Made by a program: the position numbers and the translations under genes
In this document: positions 12,699 to 26,929 of the stretch, in pieces
Numbering within the stretch: the first letter of the stretch is position 1
How the letters are laid out: each line of letters starts with the position of its first letter
Assembly (NCBI RefSeq): GCF_036321535.1
Contig: NC_087437.1
Coordinates: forward strand, 50,346,001 to 50,410,000
DNA length: 64,000 nt
Source of the DNA: Camelus dromedarius
Taxonomy: Eukaryota
Direction of reading: 5' to 3'
Notes under the pieces: model-generated
What the model was told of the DNA's origin: nothing
Databases searched by the model: none
The model's input: the letters and a program-made list of their open reading frames with translations, nothing else

Positions 12699-15600
12699 TA
12701 CTGTACTTATTATTAGCAGGGATTAAATTAAAATCAGGGTGGCTAAAATGGCTTTAATCTGTCTCAGTTCCTTTGCCCAGGACAATATGAAATCAGAGAA
12801 GAAAGGAGCAGGCAAGCCATCAAGGAGTTCAGAGTGTGAATGGGTAGTCTAGGATGACAACAGAAGGTGTAATACATGCCACAGGTTTCTGAACCCTGGC
12901 CTAGTGATTAGGAAGTTCAGATTTGACAGTGCCATAGAATTGCTGAGAATGCTTGCTAGAAATCGTGTGAAACTAGTTGAACTTCACACTGACGGTATAG
13001 TTATAAAATTAATTTTGATAACAGATCTTGTTTTGATTCCTGTTAAAGAAAGTAGAGGTGCTGTTGAAACAGATTCTCTGTCATTTTTAAAATATGGAAT
13101 ATTGAGATAGGAAACTGATTATAAAAGTGAGACTTGAAATAAGGGGTTTTAACTTTCTTTTCGTCATGAAAATCTGATGAAAGCTATGCTCACTGTCATT
13201 AGGAAAATGCAAGTATATCCAAATTTGCATACAATTTCAGATATTCACAGTCCTGAAGTCCTGCTCTAAGTCACTTCTTTTCATTTTTTGGACAGTTTTA
13301 TTTTTATTTAATTCGGGGCTTGAATTTGTTGCACAGAAGACAATGAATTGTTGCGCAGAAGATAATGAATTGAAGTTTCAGGTTTAATTTCCATAAGGGA
13401 CACTTAGCTGTACTTATACTACAGTCACAAATAGAAAATTTAACCATTTTCTGTGTGAAAAAAAGTGACACACAGCTGTATGTATATGGATGCCATTGAT
13501 TATGATTGGTTAAGATCATTTGAATTAATCACTGGAAAAACAACTCAAAATGCTTAAACTGGATGTTGTAACATCTTTGGGAATAAGGAAAAATGGATTA
13601 TCATTATTCTTTCAGAATTATCATATTTTAAATCATGATTTCTTGGAATATGGTGATACTGAATTTAAAATTCAGTTTAATTTAAAACTGATTTCATTTT
13701 TTGGAACATTTCAGAATATCTCCTTGAAATAATTGTAGAAATCTCAGGAGTCCCAAAACTTTAGTATGTGATAGCTGGTTCATACAGTAGAGATGAATGG
13801 AGAATGATGAGCATTTGCTTCCTGGAAAGTGCATGCATTTCTGTGTAGCATATTCTAGTCATGAATGAGAGGATATAGTATATATGTATCATAATATATT
13901 TGGGGGAGGGTCTTTGTATCACTGATTCTCAGTCTCAGTTGTCTTGACGTCTTAAAGACTTATGTATTCTTTCAAACTCAAATTTACTTTCTTTTTTCTT
14001 TAATTTATCCCAGAAATTTACAGGTATCGGTACAACTTAGTGTTATGTTAAGATGGTTTCAAAGTGAATGCAGAATAAATATGTTGCATGCAGTCTACTG
14101 CTTCAGTTACCTTCACGTCCCTCTCAGTTTTATGAACTCTACAGGCAAACTTCCTGCAGATCCTCTTTGAGAAATACAGCCATAGACTACAGTAGCATTC
14201 AAACTCTGTTTGTACATTTATTTATTTATTGAGTTGGAGCGTGTTACGGTTTGCTTTCATATATAACAAATCACATAATCCTTCATGGCTTCCTGTAGTA
14301 CTTAAACCCAATAAATATTTATTGATTGAATAAATGGAATATATCTTTAAAATGATTATGATATTCCAGATAGAGCAATGAGTTCCAGCTCTGATTTTGA
14401 AACCTGCTCTTTTCCCCCCATGAGTTGTTACAGGGCACAATTGTGAAATGTTTAAAAGAAAATTTATGAGGAAGATAAGCATGCATGCCACATTTAATCC
14501 TTGAAGAAACTAATTTTGAAATTAGACATATCATGGCACATTCTTATCCATAAAATGTGACCATCACTGTAAGTAGCATAAACAAATAAAATAAAACTTC
14601 ACTTTTTTAATGGAGCATACAAATTCATTTAATTTGCACACCCCTATACCACCTGTTTCTAAGATCACAAAATAAATTTTTTAAAATCACAAATAAAAGC
14701 AGTTGAAAACCATGCATAGCATTGCTAATATCCTGATGTGCTAAATAAAATAACCCTCTAGGTTATATGGAAATTTCCACTATCTGTTTATGTCTGTGCT
14801 TGATAGAAATTTTACAGGGATGCTAAGCATTGGAAGGGCAGTTGCAGTACTTTCTTAGTAGATTGCTAACTTAGAGTCCTTAATATATAAAAATGGATCA
14901 CTGTAGTTTATGAATACCAAGTTTAATCAATCTCTTAATAACTTAGTAGTGCTAGTAGATAGCCCTTGACCACCATGAAAAACATAAAAATCTAAGAAAA
15001 TTTGATTCATTGTCTGTTAGAAGAAGTCTTGTATTTGGTGATTGCTTTCAGCCTGTCAGAGGGTCCCCAGGATCTACCAAAGGAGTCTAGAAGTTTCACT
15101 TGCCACCCTGGAAAAGAGTATAATACTGTAGGAATAAATTATCAGTATTCTTGTCACCAGGGAAAAATTTTCCACTAGAGATCGTTACTAAACATACCTT
15201 AATAAATGGTCTTCTAAATTTGAGGCTAGAATTATTACATATGTCCATATTTTAGGAAGTTGATTGATAATGTAACCAGCACAGAGAAGTGCTTGTGTGG
15301 AATGAATCTGGGTTATCCAATGCCTTGTTAAGTCCTTTGGGAACAAACCTCTTTGAAACCGAGTTGATTTGGGTGTAAAAGAAATGAAGTGTAAACCTTT
15401 CATCTAATGTGGTAGGTCCTGACTAGGCCTTTGCTACACAGGACTTCCACATCACTGAATAGGAATCTATCCTAAGAAAAAAAACAAAGAACCCCAGGAA
15501 TGAAAGGGAAGGAAAGAAGCCTTGTCTTCAAATGCTTCTGTAGGTCTTCTATATGATTATTCTTTTCTTGTGAAAATATTCTGACAGAATATGGACTGTT

Positions 15601-15833
15601 TTTCATTACCAGATGTTATTACCTGGTTAGTTTATACCTGAAGATAATGTTTATTTGTTTACTTGTGAAAAAAAAATATGACTCAACTCTCCTAATAATT
15701 AAATAGATTGAGCCTATATGCAGTTTAGGGTCAGTAATGGTACATATAATATGATCAATTAAATAGAACCATTAGTAAAGAAATCATAGCAGCTAACCTT
15801 GTTGACCATTATTTTTCTTTTGCTTGACCTTAG

Positions 15834-15950
15834 GGTTTTGACCCACCTCATCAGAGTGACACAAGAACTATTTATATAGCCAATAGGTTTCCTCAAAATG
15901 GCCTTTACACACCTCAGAAATTTATAGATAACCGGATCATTTCATCTAAG
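15834..15950 (+). CDS. ATP11B: ATP11B exon 2 (117 bp) GFDPPHQSDTRTIYIANRFPQNGLYTPQKFIDNRIISSK
   Basis: cttag|GGTTTT...TCTAAG|gtaaga; hand translation. Confidence 0.95.
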
Positions 15951-16529
15951 GTAAGAATTAACACTTTCATAATTAAAACTGTGGTTGTGTACTGTTTTGT
16001 TTCAAAAAAAAGTGATTTGTTTATGTATTCTAGTATACATTTATATCCTTAAAAATTCCAGGAAATGGTGATTGGTAGATTTATCTTAACCAAAATTATG
16101 AACTGTAAACTAAAAGGAGTTGCTAGTTGCTAATATCAGGTAGCCAACATGCCAAAAATTATCCTTAGTCGCAATTAAACCGAGGAACTAATATTTATAT
16201 CATGTGCTAGGCACTGTATTTGGTGCTTTCCATATTATTTAACCCTTACAACAACTTTAAGATAGCTTTCACAAAATTGTTGTTATACTCATTTTACATC
16301 CGTTTCTTCAGTTAAAGTGCTGGAAAATAATTTACCCTAGGGATGAGATAAGAATTTAAACTCAATTCTGTGTGACTTTAAAGCCTGACTTCCTCCAATT
16401 TTATGACTCTTGTGTAAACATTTTATAGTACAAAAGTACTGCTTCACTCTTATATATTCTTCCTTGTTTCATTTTTTTTCCCATGACATTTTTAAGGTGT
16501 TTAAAGTTTAACTTGAAACTGAATATTAT

Positions 16530-16745
16530 AGAGTAATGCTATCTTATAGACTCTTCCCTCATGATTGAAATGTTATCCGTGCTATTATCGATGCTAATAT
16601 GATAGTCATTAGCCACATGGGGCTATTTGTCTTGAAATGTGGTAATGTAATTGAGGAACTTAATTTTTAATTTAATTTTAATATACGTAAAATTAAGTGT
16701 TAATAGCTACATGCAACTAGTGGCTACTGTATTGGAAAGGTCAAT
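16530..16745. mobile_element. MER3-like hAT-Charlie element
   Basis: cattagccacatggggcta, gaggaacttaatttttaattt, ctagtggctactgtattgg. Confidence 0.65.
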
Positions 16746-19050
16746 TATAGAGAATGTGAGTCAGAGACTGAGGGTCAAGTTCTCCTTTGAGCATACCTGT
16801 TGCATAATAGGCCATCTTAAGAAGCATCTTTGTCTTGCTCTTTCCCTCCCTTCCAGGGCAACTAAAATTTTCTGTCTAATCCTGATCTCATTTTTCTGAA
16901 AGATACTGTCTTAGGCCAGTGGTTCCTTTGTCCTGTTCCTTTTTTACAACTTTCACGTTATTTATTTTTGCAACACACCTATTAGTGACATCTCATTTTG
17001 GACAGTGGTTCTCAAGTAGAAGGCAGGAAGGGGAAATACCAAAATCTAGGGTAATAGAGAGTTCTAGATTGATAACACAGTTCTTAGTAAATGATGCAAG
17101 AAATGTCCATAAGAATTTTAAGTGTTTTATTTTAAACTTTGGTATATGTATATACAATAAAATTCACTAGTTTTAAGTATATAATTTGATAAGTTTTCAC
17201 AAATGTATAACATCATGTAACCGCTACCACAATCAAGATATTGAATATATTTGTCACTCCAGAAAGCTAGTAGCCAGTCCCCCTCTTCCTCACCTCTAGC
17301 ACTAGCAACTGATCTGCAGAAGGTAAACTTTGAATTCATTTTTCTTGGCCATTGTTACATAATTAAAAGCATTTTAAAACAATCATTTACTATTTTTCTT
17401 AGAAGTATTTTCATGTGTTTTAATATTTACTTAAATGCCACCTCTCTGGCAGGATAAGCACAGAATTTGGACTCATTCAATCTGTTAATTTGTTTATATT
17501 TCAGAAAACCTGAAAACAACAATTCGTAACATTTGTAAACTAACTTTCATGAGAAATTGTTATGTACCATCTGAGTTTTTCCATTGTATTTTTGAGCTAG
17601 CCAAAGAAATCCTGCAACCAGTTGCCATTTTGTCAGTTTATACAGTTGCTCTTTTCAAGATTCTGGAAGACGAAATATATTGTCACTATTGTAATTTAAA
17701 TAGATTGATGTAAACACTGAACATAGCCAACTTAATTCTTATGAAGTTTTACCCATTTGATCTGGTGACTGAGGAAGTTGCATGGAAATACTATGACCCC
17801 TGTAGGGACAACTGTCTTTTTACTGTAGTTAAGATCAGCTAGTAATGATTTGACCCAGAATTAACATCTAATATGTGCATATTGAGCAGTGACTTGTTTT
17901 GGTTCTAAGAAGTGTCTACTTCTCTTCTCTATAGAGCCCTGAACATAGTTCCCAACCCCAGATTCTAGAGCACTGGTGCTGTGACCACCACAGGGAGTTA
18001 TGTTTCAGGAATGCCAGGTTAGAAATGAAAATGTTGTTTCACCTAAGAAAGGCAGGATCTTAGATTCTGTACTCTACTCTTTTTATACCCTTAGGACAGA
18101 TAGGCTTTTGTGGGCTCTTCTGGAACCTAACCCTATTTATAAAATTATTCATATGGAAAAGGATGTTTCATGTATCAAATAACTAATTAAGAAACAAATT
18201 TCTGACATAAAATTAGAACCATCTTATGTTGCACCAGGTAAAACTAAGTAAACTATCTCTTTAAAAATCTTGAATTGGTCAATAACCAGTAAGGCTGCAT
18301 TCATTGCCTGACATGAGAAGAGTTATCTGAAAAAAAAATTTATTTCCAATCGTATTTATTAATTTATCTATCTATCCTGCTACAGTTTTGATTCCTGTGT
18401 GCCAAGTACTAGTGTAAGTACTAGAGGTAGAGCAGCAAATAAAGCAATGTCCCTAGCCTCAGGGATCTTACTTTACCCCATTTACATTCTCCCAGTAGAA
18501 TGTAACAGTGCTATAAAGTTTCCCTGTTTCATAAAGTTGTGTTGTGAGTAGTGAAAGGCACAAGGAAAATTTGTACTGAATTACCTTGCCCACATAATAT
18601 AGCATTACAGGCTTATAAACTGATTAATAATATAACAGATATGTGTATAGCAATTAGCATAAGCCAGATTCTGCCCCAAGTTCTTCATAAGTATATTAGC
18701 ATATTTAATAATCCTATACAGTGTAATTATTATTGTCCTCATTTTGTAGAGGCACAGAGTGGGGTACAGAAAGATTAGGTCCAAGGACATTCAGTGACCT
18801 TGGATTAAGGATTTAGAGCAAAGCAGTTTAACCCCTTACCATCTTTGTTTGTGAGCATGATATTCTAATGTCTTACTTTGAAAATTGACATTGTGACAGA
18901 TTTTTGTGTCCTTTATGAGATTTTCTTGGTGGTTATACCAGTGATCACTTATCTAAAGGCTTTTTAATGAATGAGTCTTTAAATTCTGTAGTGCTTTATA
19001 ATTTTCAAAAGTTTCACACAGATGATTTCATATAATCCCATAATAACTCC

Positions 19051-19602
19051 TTTTTTAGTTGATTTATAGTGTTTCAGGTGTACAGCAAAGTGAGTCAGTT
19101 ATATACTAAACATATATATGTGTGTGTGTATATTCTTTCTCAATCTCTTTTCCATTATAGTTGATTTTTTATGATGATTTATAGTTGATTTACAGTGTTT
19201 CAGGTGTACAGCAAAGTGAGTCAATTATATACACACATATATATGTGTGTATATATTCTTTTTCAGACTCTTTTCCATTATAGGTTATTACAAGATATTG
19301 AATATAGTTCTTGTGCTATACAGTAGGTCCTTGTTTAATAATCCTTTATTTCCCTCCTACTCTTATGTTTCCCTGCCCTCCTTCCCTCTCCTCACTGGTA
19401 ACCACTAGTTTGTTCTCTATATCTGTGAGTCTGCTTCTTTTTGTTAAATTCACTAGTTGTATTTTTTAGATCCCACAGTGATATCATATATTGTTTGTCT
19501 TTCTCTCTCTGACTTATTTCACTTAGCATAAGGCCCTCCAAGTCCATCCATGTTGCTGCAAATGGCAAAATTTCATTATTTTTATGGCTGAGTAATACTC
19601 CA

Positions 19603-19654
<52 letters not shown>

Positions 19655-21512
19655 TTATCTCACATCTTTTTATCCAGTCATCTGTTGATGGACACTTAGG
19701 TTGTTTTCCTACCTTGGCAAAATGTATCTTTTCAAATTAGTGGGGGGTTTTGTTTTTGTTACTGTTTTGTATATATATCCAGGAGTCAAATTGCTGGGTC
19801 ATAGGGTAGCTTTATTTTTAGTTTTTTTGAGAAACTTCTGTATTGTTTTCCACAGTGGCTGCACGAATTTACATTCCACCAGCAGTATGGGAGGATTCCC
19901 TTTTCTCCACATCCTCACCAACATTTGTTATTTGTGTTCTTTTTGGTGATAGCCAGGTATGAGATCAGGGTGATGCTGCCCTCATAGAAGTAGTTCTCAA
20001 GTTCCTTACACTGCAGTTTTTTGGAATAGTTTTAGAAGGATAGGTATTAACTCTTCATTCAGTGTTTGGTAGAATTCACCTGTGAAGCTATCTGGTCCTT
20101 GGACTTTCGTTTTGGGGGAGTTTTTAAATTACTGATTTAATTTCATTAGTGATAATTGTTATGTTCGTATTTTCTATTTCTTCCTGGTTCAGTCTTGGGA
20201 GATTGTACCTTTCTAAGAATTTGTCCATTTCTTTTAGGTTGTCCATTTTATTGGCATGTAGTTGTTCGTAGTTTTCTGTTAATGATCCTTTGTATTTCTG
20301 TGGTGTCAGTTGTAACTTCTTTTTCAGTTCTGATTTTATTGATATGGGCCTTTTTTTCTTGAAGGTTTGGCTAAAAGTTTATCCAACTTTGTCTGTCTTT
20401 CCAAAGAACCAGCTTTTAGTTTCATTGATCTTCTCTATTGTTTATTTAGTCTCTACTTCATTTATTTTTGCTCTGGTATTTATGATTTCTTTCCTTATAC
20501 CAGGGGTTTTGTGTGTTCTTTCTCTAGTTCCTTTAGGTGTAAGATTAGGTTGTTTCAAGATTTTTCTGAAATAAATCCAATTTGAAGAAAATGGCAATAC
20601 GAACATACATATTGATAATTACTTTAAATGTAAATGGACTACATGCCCCAACTAAAAGACATGGAGTGGCTGAATGGATACATAAACAAGGCCTATATAT
20701 AGGCTGCCTACAAGAGACTTACTTCAGATCTAGAGACACAGACTTAAAGTGAGGGGATGGGAAAAGGTATGCCATGCAGTGGAAATCAGAAGAAAGCCAG
20801 AGTAGCAGTACTTGTATCAGACAAAATATACTTTTAAATAAAGACTGTTACAAAAGACAAAGAAGCATACTACATGATGATTAAGGGGTCAATCCAAGAA
20901 GATGTAACAATTATAAATATATATTATGCACCCAACATAGGAGCACCTAAATATATAAGGCAAATATTAATGGACATAAAGAGAGAAATCAACAGTAACA
21001 CAACAATAGTAGGGACTTTAATACCTGACTTACATCAATGAACAGATCATCCAGACAGAAAATCAATAAGGAAACACTGGCCTTAAATGACACATTAGAC
21101 CTGATGGACTTAATTCGTGAGTATAGATCATTTCATCCAAAAGCAGCAGAATACACGTTCTTTTCAAGTGCATATGGAACATTCTCCAGGATAGGACAAA
21201 TGCTAGGCCACAAAACAAGCCTCAGGAAATTTAAGAAAATTGAAGTCATATCAGGCATCTTTTCTGACCACAACTCAATGAGACTGGAAAGCAACTACAA
21301 GAAAAAAACAACATGAAACACAAATACATGGGGGCTAAACAGCATGCTACTAAGCAACCAGTGAATCATGTAGAAATCAAAGAGGAATTCAAAAAAATAC
21401 CTAGAAACAAATGAAAATGAAGATCCAAAACCTATGGAATACAACAAAAGCAGTTCTAAGAGGGAAATTTATAGTGATACAAGCTTACCTCAGGAAACAA
21501 AAATCTCAAACT
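19051..21512 (-). mobile_element. Older L1: minus-strand 3' part (19051-~20570, internal deletion at ~19960) plus an inverted ORF2 5' part (~20585-21512, + strand)
   Basis: L1 3'UTR and ORF2 similarity; ORF 21038-21316 is EN-domain-like; both arms converge on the same ORF2 position. Confidence 0.88.
19603..19652. repeat. (TG)n microsatellite within L1
   Basis: Directly visible, one interruption. Confidence 0.95.
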
Positions 21513-22047
21513 AAAGTATTTTTAAATCTTTTTTCACATTTTAGGTTATTTTTCTGCAGCCTATGCTTAATGAGAAATAATTGAATAATTATACCATTTC
21601 CTCTGTTTCTGACACTGAGCTAAATAAAACGTGAAATAAATTGAATTGAATCTAGTGTTAGCATTTCTATCAGCTCTTATTCATCTTTAACATTAGATTT
21701 AGTTTTGTGTAAACAAAATCCAAAATAAATTATTAAAATATTATTTTAGATCTGCCATTTCCAACTTACAAAAAATTAAGGACTTAATAGCAAAATTAAT
21801 AGATTCTGGTTTATCTCATTTTTAAAAATTATACTAAAATTACCAATAAATACTAAAAGAAAGATAAAAAGTTGAATAAAAGTCCTGAAACTCTAAAAAC
21901 CAGATAGTTTTATAGCATCAAGAGTTACATGAATTTAGCTAAGGGCTTAGTTAATCTGATATTACTTTTCTTATTACATGTATGTAGTATATATTATTTT
22001 GAAATATTAATTCATTCATCTCTCCCCTCTCCTTTATTTTTTTTTAG

Positions 22048-22137
22048 TATACTGTGTGGAATTTTGTTCCAAAAAATTTATTTGAACAATTCAGAAGAGT
22101 GGCAAACTTTTATTTTCTTATTATATTTTTGGTTCAG
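22048..22137 (+). CDS. ATP11B: ATP11B exon 3 (90 bp) [30 protein letters not shown]
   Basis: tttag|TAT...CAG|gtaagc; conserved P4-ATPase [13 protein letters not shown]. Confidence 0.95.
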
Positions 22138-22774
22138 GTAAGCTTTATCGCTTCATAAATTTTTAAGTTTATAGATATGATTTCTAAGAATATATCTTTA
22201 GAGAAAAGTTGCATTGTGTTTTAAATCATTTGACTTTGGGGCCTTTTATTTTTTTCTGCAGAGCTTACTCATTGTATTCAGTGAGTACAATGATTTAAAC
22301 CACATGTAGATGTCTAAAAAATAGCCTATGAATTTTAAGATTAATTGTATTTTGTTTTATCACTGATGTGCTGTGGTGCTGACAATTATAATCAAACCCA
22401 AGAAAATAACATCATTCTTTTAGATGCTCTGCCTCAGAAAATAAACATTTGTCTTCTAACATACAGCACTTGTTTTTGGCCTCATCTTTGTACAAAGTAA
22501 ATTTTTCTTTAGCTTTTCTTTTTTTTAATTTAAATTTTACTTTTATTAAAACAATTTTTTAATTATAATTTTTAAGAATCACTATGTAGATTTTTATCCA
22601 CGAGGTTATTTTCTTAACTTAAATCTGTGTTTATATAAGCTGTTTGACAGTTTCTTAATTTTCACATTGTACTTTTTTTTTCTAATATCAAGATATCAAG
22701 AGAACAGCTTACAAAACTTGAGTATAAAGTCAAGATTCAAAATTAGTAATTGTCATTTTCTTTTGAAGAGGTTA

Positions 22775-22832
22775 TTCTTTTCTGATCGTGTTCTTTTCTG
22801 ATCATTCTTTCTGATCATATTCTTTTCTGATC
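22775..22832. repeat. Imperfect tandem repeat, 4 x ttcttttctgatc
   Basis: Directly visible, 13-16 bp period. Confidence 0.85.
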
Positions 22833-23800
22833 AGCAGTCTCTTTCAATGTGGCATTGAATTTTTTTTTGTATAAACTTTGAACCGTTCTCTCTATAGAAC
22901 CTGGGCTTTCAAAAGGAAAAAAAAAACTTGTCAAGTAATCACTTTAAAACTCAGGAAATTTTTTTATATTGCTTTCTTTCATGAACAGAAAAAGAACTTC
23001 TGATTTTTTTTTTTTTAATCAACATCAGCTTGGGTTTGGTCAGAAAAATAAGAAATTTATACTAACCACATTGATATAATGCATGAATTTGTGAAATTAC
23101 TAGCCAGGATCAGGAATTCACCTTGTCTGTGGAATAGAACAAATTTAATTAGCCTATCCAGAGTAAAGGAACATTAATAAATCATTAGACCCACATCCCA
23201 AGTAACCAAACATAATTACTGCAAGTATTTTCTTTAATTCTCCAGCAATATATTGAAATCTAAATCTAATCTAAATCAGTTGTATGATTTAGATTGTATT
23301 TATAGCATCATTTTACAAGCTGTAGCCCTCTGGGTCTGCTAGTTGTAACAAAATCACTTGTAGAGAAAACCCTTTCTCTAGTCCCATTTCTTGTTCTCTC
23401 CCTAAGTGGTGAGTTTATTCTGGATCCCAGGGTAAAAATTGACTTTTCAGCATTTCTCAGGATGGGCAAAGAATGTTAAATGAGATTTTGAGCAACTGTA
23501 ACTCTACTTCAAGGCAAATATTGAGGAAGATCTTAAGTACTGTGTGTGCTAAGAAAGCTGAGTGACTGAGTCCATCCTAGCAGTATTTGTGGGGATGCAA
23601 TAGATTTAGATATTTTACTAACCCCATATAATAGCCAACCAAGTGAGCTTGTGAAAAACTATGAACTTTTTCACTCTGGACCATGATCCATATTTTGTAT
23701 GATGTTCTCTGAATTCCCAATAAATATGAGATTTTAGATGTTAATAGTGTGATATGTACAATATAAAATATAATATTCTGCATTCTTTTTTAAAATCCAG

Positions 23801-23881
23801 CTTATGATTGATACACCTACCAGTCCAATTACCAGTGGACTTCCATTGTTCTTTGTGATAACAGTTACTGCCATAAAGCAG
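23801..23881 (+). CDS. ATP11B: ATP11B exon 4 (81 bp) [27 protein letters not shown]
   Basis: ccag|CTT...CAG|gtatga; TM2 region. Confidence 0.95.
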
Positions 23882-25909
23882 GTATGAATTACTTTCTATT
23901 GTTTTTTTTCTTCCCCAAGTTATTCAGAAGTTGCTTAGTATTTGCACTCCAAAGTAAAATTAATTGTTGTGAAAATAATTTTCATAAGAAAGAAGTAAAT
24001 TAGTTTGATTTTGCATACAGTAAAATTAAACTGCGTTAAGCCACCCTGTTATACTTTAGGTACCTGGTGACTCATGGGATGATTACAGTTGTTAAAATAT
24101 GCTGTTCCTTTGACACACCTAGGAAGCATCCAAAAGCAAACATTTCATAGGTACAAACCAATTCATATATGAAACAGGTTAATTATAATAATGATCTTTG
24201 TAGAATTTGGCAGTATTTCAAGGAAATATAATTCAAAGGGGATATATTTATAGGAAGTGAAGCTTGTGCTTCTGGTGTGAACATTTCTGAAGAAAAATTG
24301 TGTAGTGCTTTCCTACTTTTTACACCTTCTCTGGTGATGTTGATTTTTATGTAAAGTAGTGTCCTAGGGGAAATAGCTCTAACCGACTTTTGAATTGATA
24401 TTAAAATCTAGGTATAGAAAAATAGGATTCTTGGGTAAACATGGCAAGTAAGAAATTTAAAAATTCCTAGAAATGTCATGTTTGTATAGCTACCACTTCT
24501 CAGAAAGTCTTGTCAGAGGCTCAGTTATACAGAGTTGATCCTTTGCACCTGAGAAAGAGTTAATTTGAATTTTATTGTGTAAGTGTGATAAATTTTCATT
24601 TTATAAGATTTCAAGATAAGATTTAAATTGACTTAGAAACAAATTGACAAACATTTTATAATTCTGGGATGTAGTATATTCTTTGTTACTTACATGAGAT
24701 AAGGGGAATCTATAGATTTAACAGTACATTCTTTTTCTGATGTGTCAGTATCAATGCTACTGTCCTCACTAAGTTTGATTTCCCTTTCTTCACTATTCTG
24801 TTGCAGACTAGAATTTGTGTAAGTTAGTAAGCACCCAGATTACTTCATGCAATTACATATTTATTTGGTTTTGCAGATGTCATTTACAGCAAGCATATAT
24901 TTTTCACAAATGATAGCATAGAATATAACATGTTCTGTACCTTACTTTTATCACTTAATGCTATCTCCTAGATATCATTCCGTTATCTATACTTATCCTT
25001 TACCTCTGAATTCTTGAATTTTCCCTAAAATAGCACAAGTTTTTTTCTACTTAAAAAAAAAATGCCACTCTTTAACATTTAATCAAAGGATTCTTTGTGA
25101 AATGCTTGTTTCCCTTTTTGATGGTGATCTGTATAGCCTACCATATTTATTTTGAAGTACAAATTATAATTTTGTTGGTCTGTTGTTTAAGAGAGTGAAA
25201 ACTCAACCTCGGTTTCAAAATCTGTTTATTTTTTCCTATTTATTGTCGTAATAATGCCCTGTGAATTTATGTTCTATGATTAAAGTATCATTTGTACATA
25301 GAAGCAATAGAACTTATTAAATGAATAGATGTTAGAAAAGGTAGAAATCAAGAGTGACTCCCCAGATTCTGGTAGGAGCAACTCAGTAGATGGTGAGATC
25401 ATTTGTCAAGATGGGAAACACTGGAAATGCAGCAAACTTGGGGGATAACATCATCAATTTACTTTTGAAATGTTTAATGTATTTGTGAAACATTAAAATG
25501 GAGATATTAAGAATGCAGTTGGATGTTCAACTTAGACTCAAGAAGAGAGACATGGACTAAAGATATAATTTTAAAAGTTTTAGAACATACAGGGATAGGA
25601 AAATCTTGTAAGAAGTGAAGGATGAAAAAAGGCCCATTAAGATGACATAGAAGGAACCTCCCATGAGGAAACTGAGGAGTAACTAGAGAGGTACTGTGAA
25701 AACCAGAAACGTGTGTAATGAAAACCAAGAGAAGTGTTTCTAGTAGTAATGAATGTCAAATACCTATGATATATGCATCAAAATAGCTTAACGTAATTCT
25801 AATGAATGAAATGCTTTGGGAGAAGTTTTTATGTTTCTTTTTTTCATTTGATAAAAGTATCTTCTAATTATACTAAAAGGTGCACTTGTTATTTTTTTGA
25901 TGTTTACAG

Positions 25910-26017
25910 GGATATGAAGATTGGTTACGACATAACTCAGATAATGAAGTAAATGGAGCTCCTGTTTATGTTGTTCGAAGTGGAGGCCTTGTAAAAACTA
26001 GATCAAAAAACATCCGG
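25910..26017 (+). CDS. ATP11B: ATP11B exon 5 (108 bp) GYEDWLRHNSDNEVNGAPVYVVRSGGLVKTRSKNIR
   Basis: tacag|GGA...CGG|gtatgc. Confidence 0.95.
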
Positions 26018-26210
26018 GTATGCATTTCATTAAAAAAAAAAAGATCAGTTTTATCTTGGTATCACAAATTCTAATGTAAATTATATTTTAATTAGAAGCC
26101 TTCTTTCCTACATTAAAATATTAGGGTAGCCCACTTGTTTAGCACTGAATGAAAATAAGATCTGGCCTTTTAAAATCTGTATATTCCCTTTTCCCCAAAA
26201 TTCTTTATAG

Positions 26211-26339
26211 GTGGGTGATATTGTTCGAATAGCCAAAGATGAAATTTTCCCTGCAGATTTGGTGCTTCTGTCCTCAGATCGACTTGATGGTTCTTGTCAC
26301 GTTACAACTGCTAGTTTGGATGGAGAAACTAACCTGAAG
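26211..26339 (+). CDS. ATP11B: ATP11B exon 6 (129 bp), actuator domain with DGET motif
   Basis: tatag|GTG...AAG|gtttgt; [22 protein letters not shown]...LDGETNLK in ORF track. Confidence 0.96.
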
Positions 26340-26929
26340 GTTTGTATATGTATATGTGTGTTGCTTTTGGTAAACAAAATGCCTTTGGATTATAGTGATA
26401 CTTTCTTTCGCTTAAGGTGATAAAGTTTGACTTCATAAAAGATGTTTTAAATTACTGAAAAAAATTTTTTTTTCTTAAATAATATTATTAGGTATTTATT
26501 TCAAGGATAGCCCCATGTGGTTTAAAGTTTAAAATGAGAACTATTTTTAGGGAAAATATGATCTTTCAATATTTTGGTACTTATTCAGATGGGAGACACA
26601 TTTAAATTTTTCTCAATTTTCAGAGTACAATCAAGGGTTGTACTTGATTCACTTTTTTTTTTTTTTACTATTAAGTTGTTTACAATAAATTTTGAACAGT
26701 AGTGACTATTAACACAGACTTAATTTCCTTATATGCAAATTGCCTCTGTGGACAGGTAATCACAGTAGCTTCTTTTGTTACTTGTTATTTTACATTCTTC
26801 TCTCCTCTGCTGTCTAAGTAGTCTCAAGTAGAGAATGCTATGAATTCATCTGTAAAAGAGATGTTATTTAAATTAGATGATATTTAAGGTCCCATTTGGA
26901 TCTTGAAACTACAATTTAATTTTTTTCAG

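Noticed and set aside
1345..18790. Many 60-107 aa hydrophobic ORFs
   Set aside because: Random ORFs in T-rich intronic and repeat DNA, often with non-ATG starts and no splice or motif support
22775..22832. CRISPR-like repeat array
   Set aside because: Short tandem repeat with 1-3 nt spacers in a mammalian intron; no cas genes
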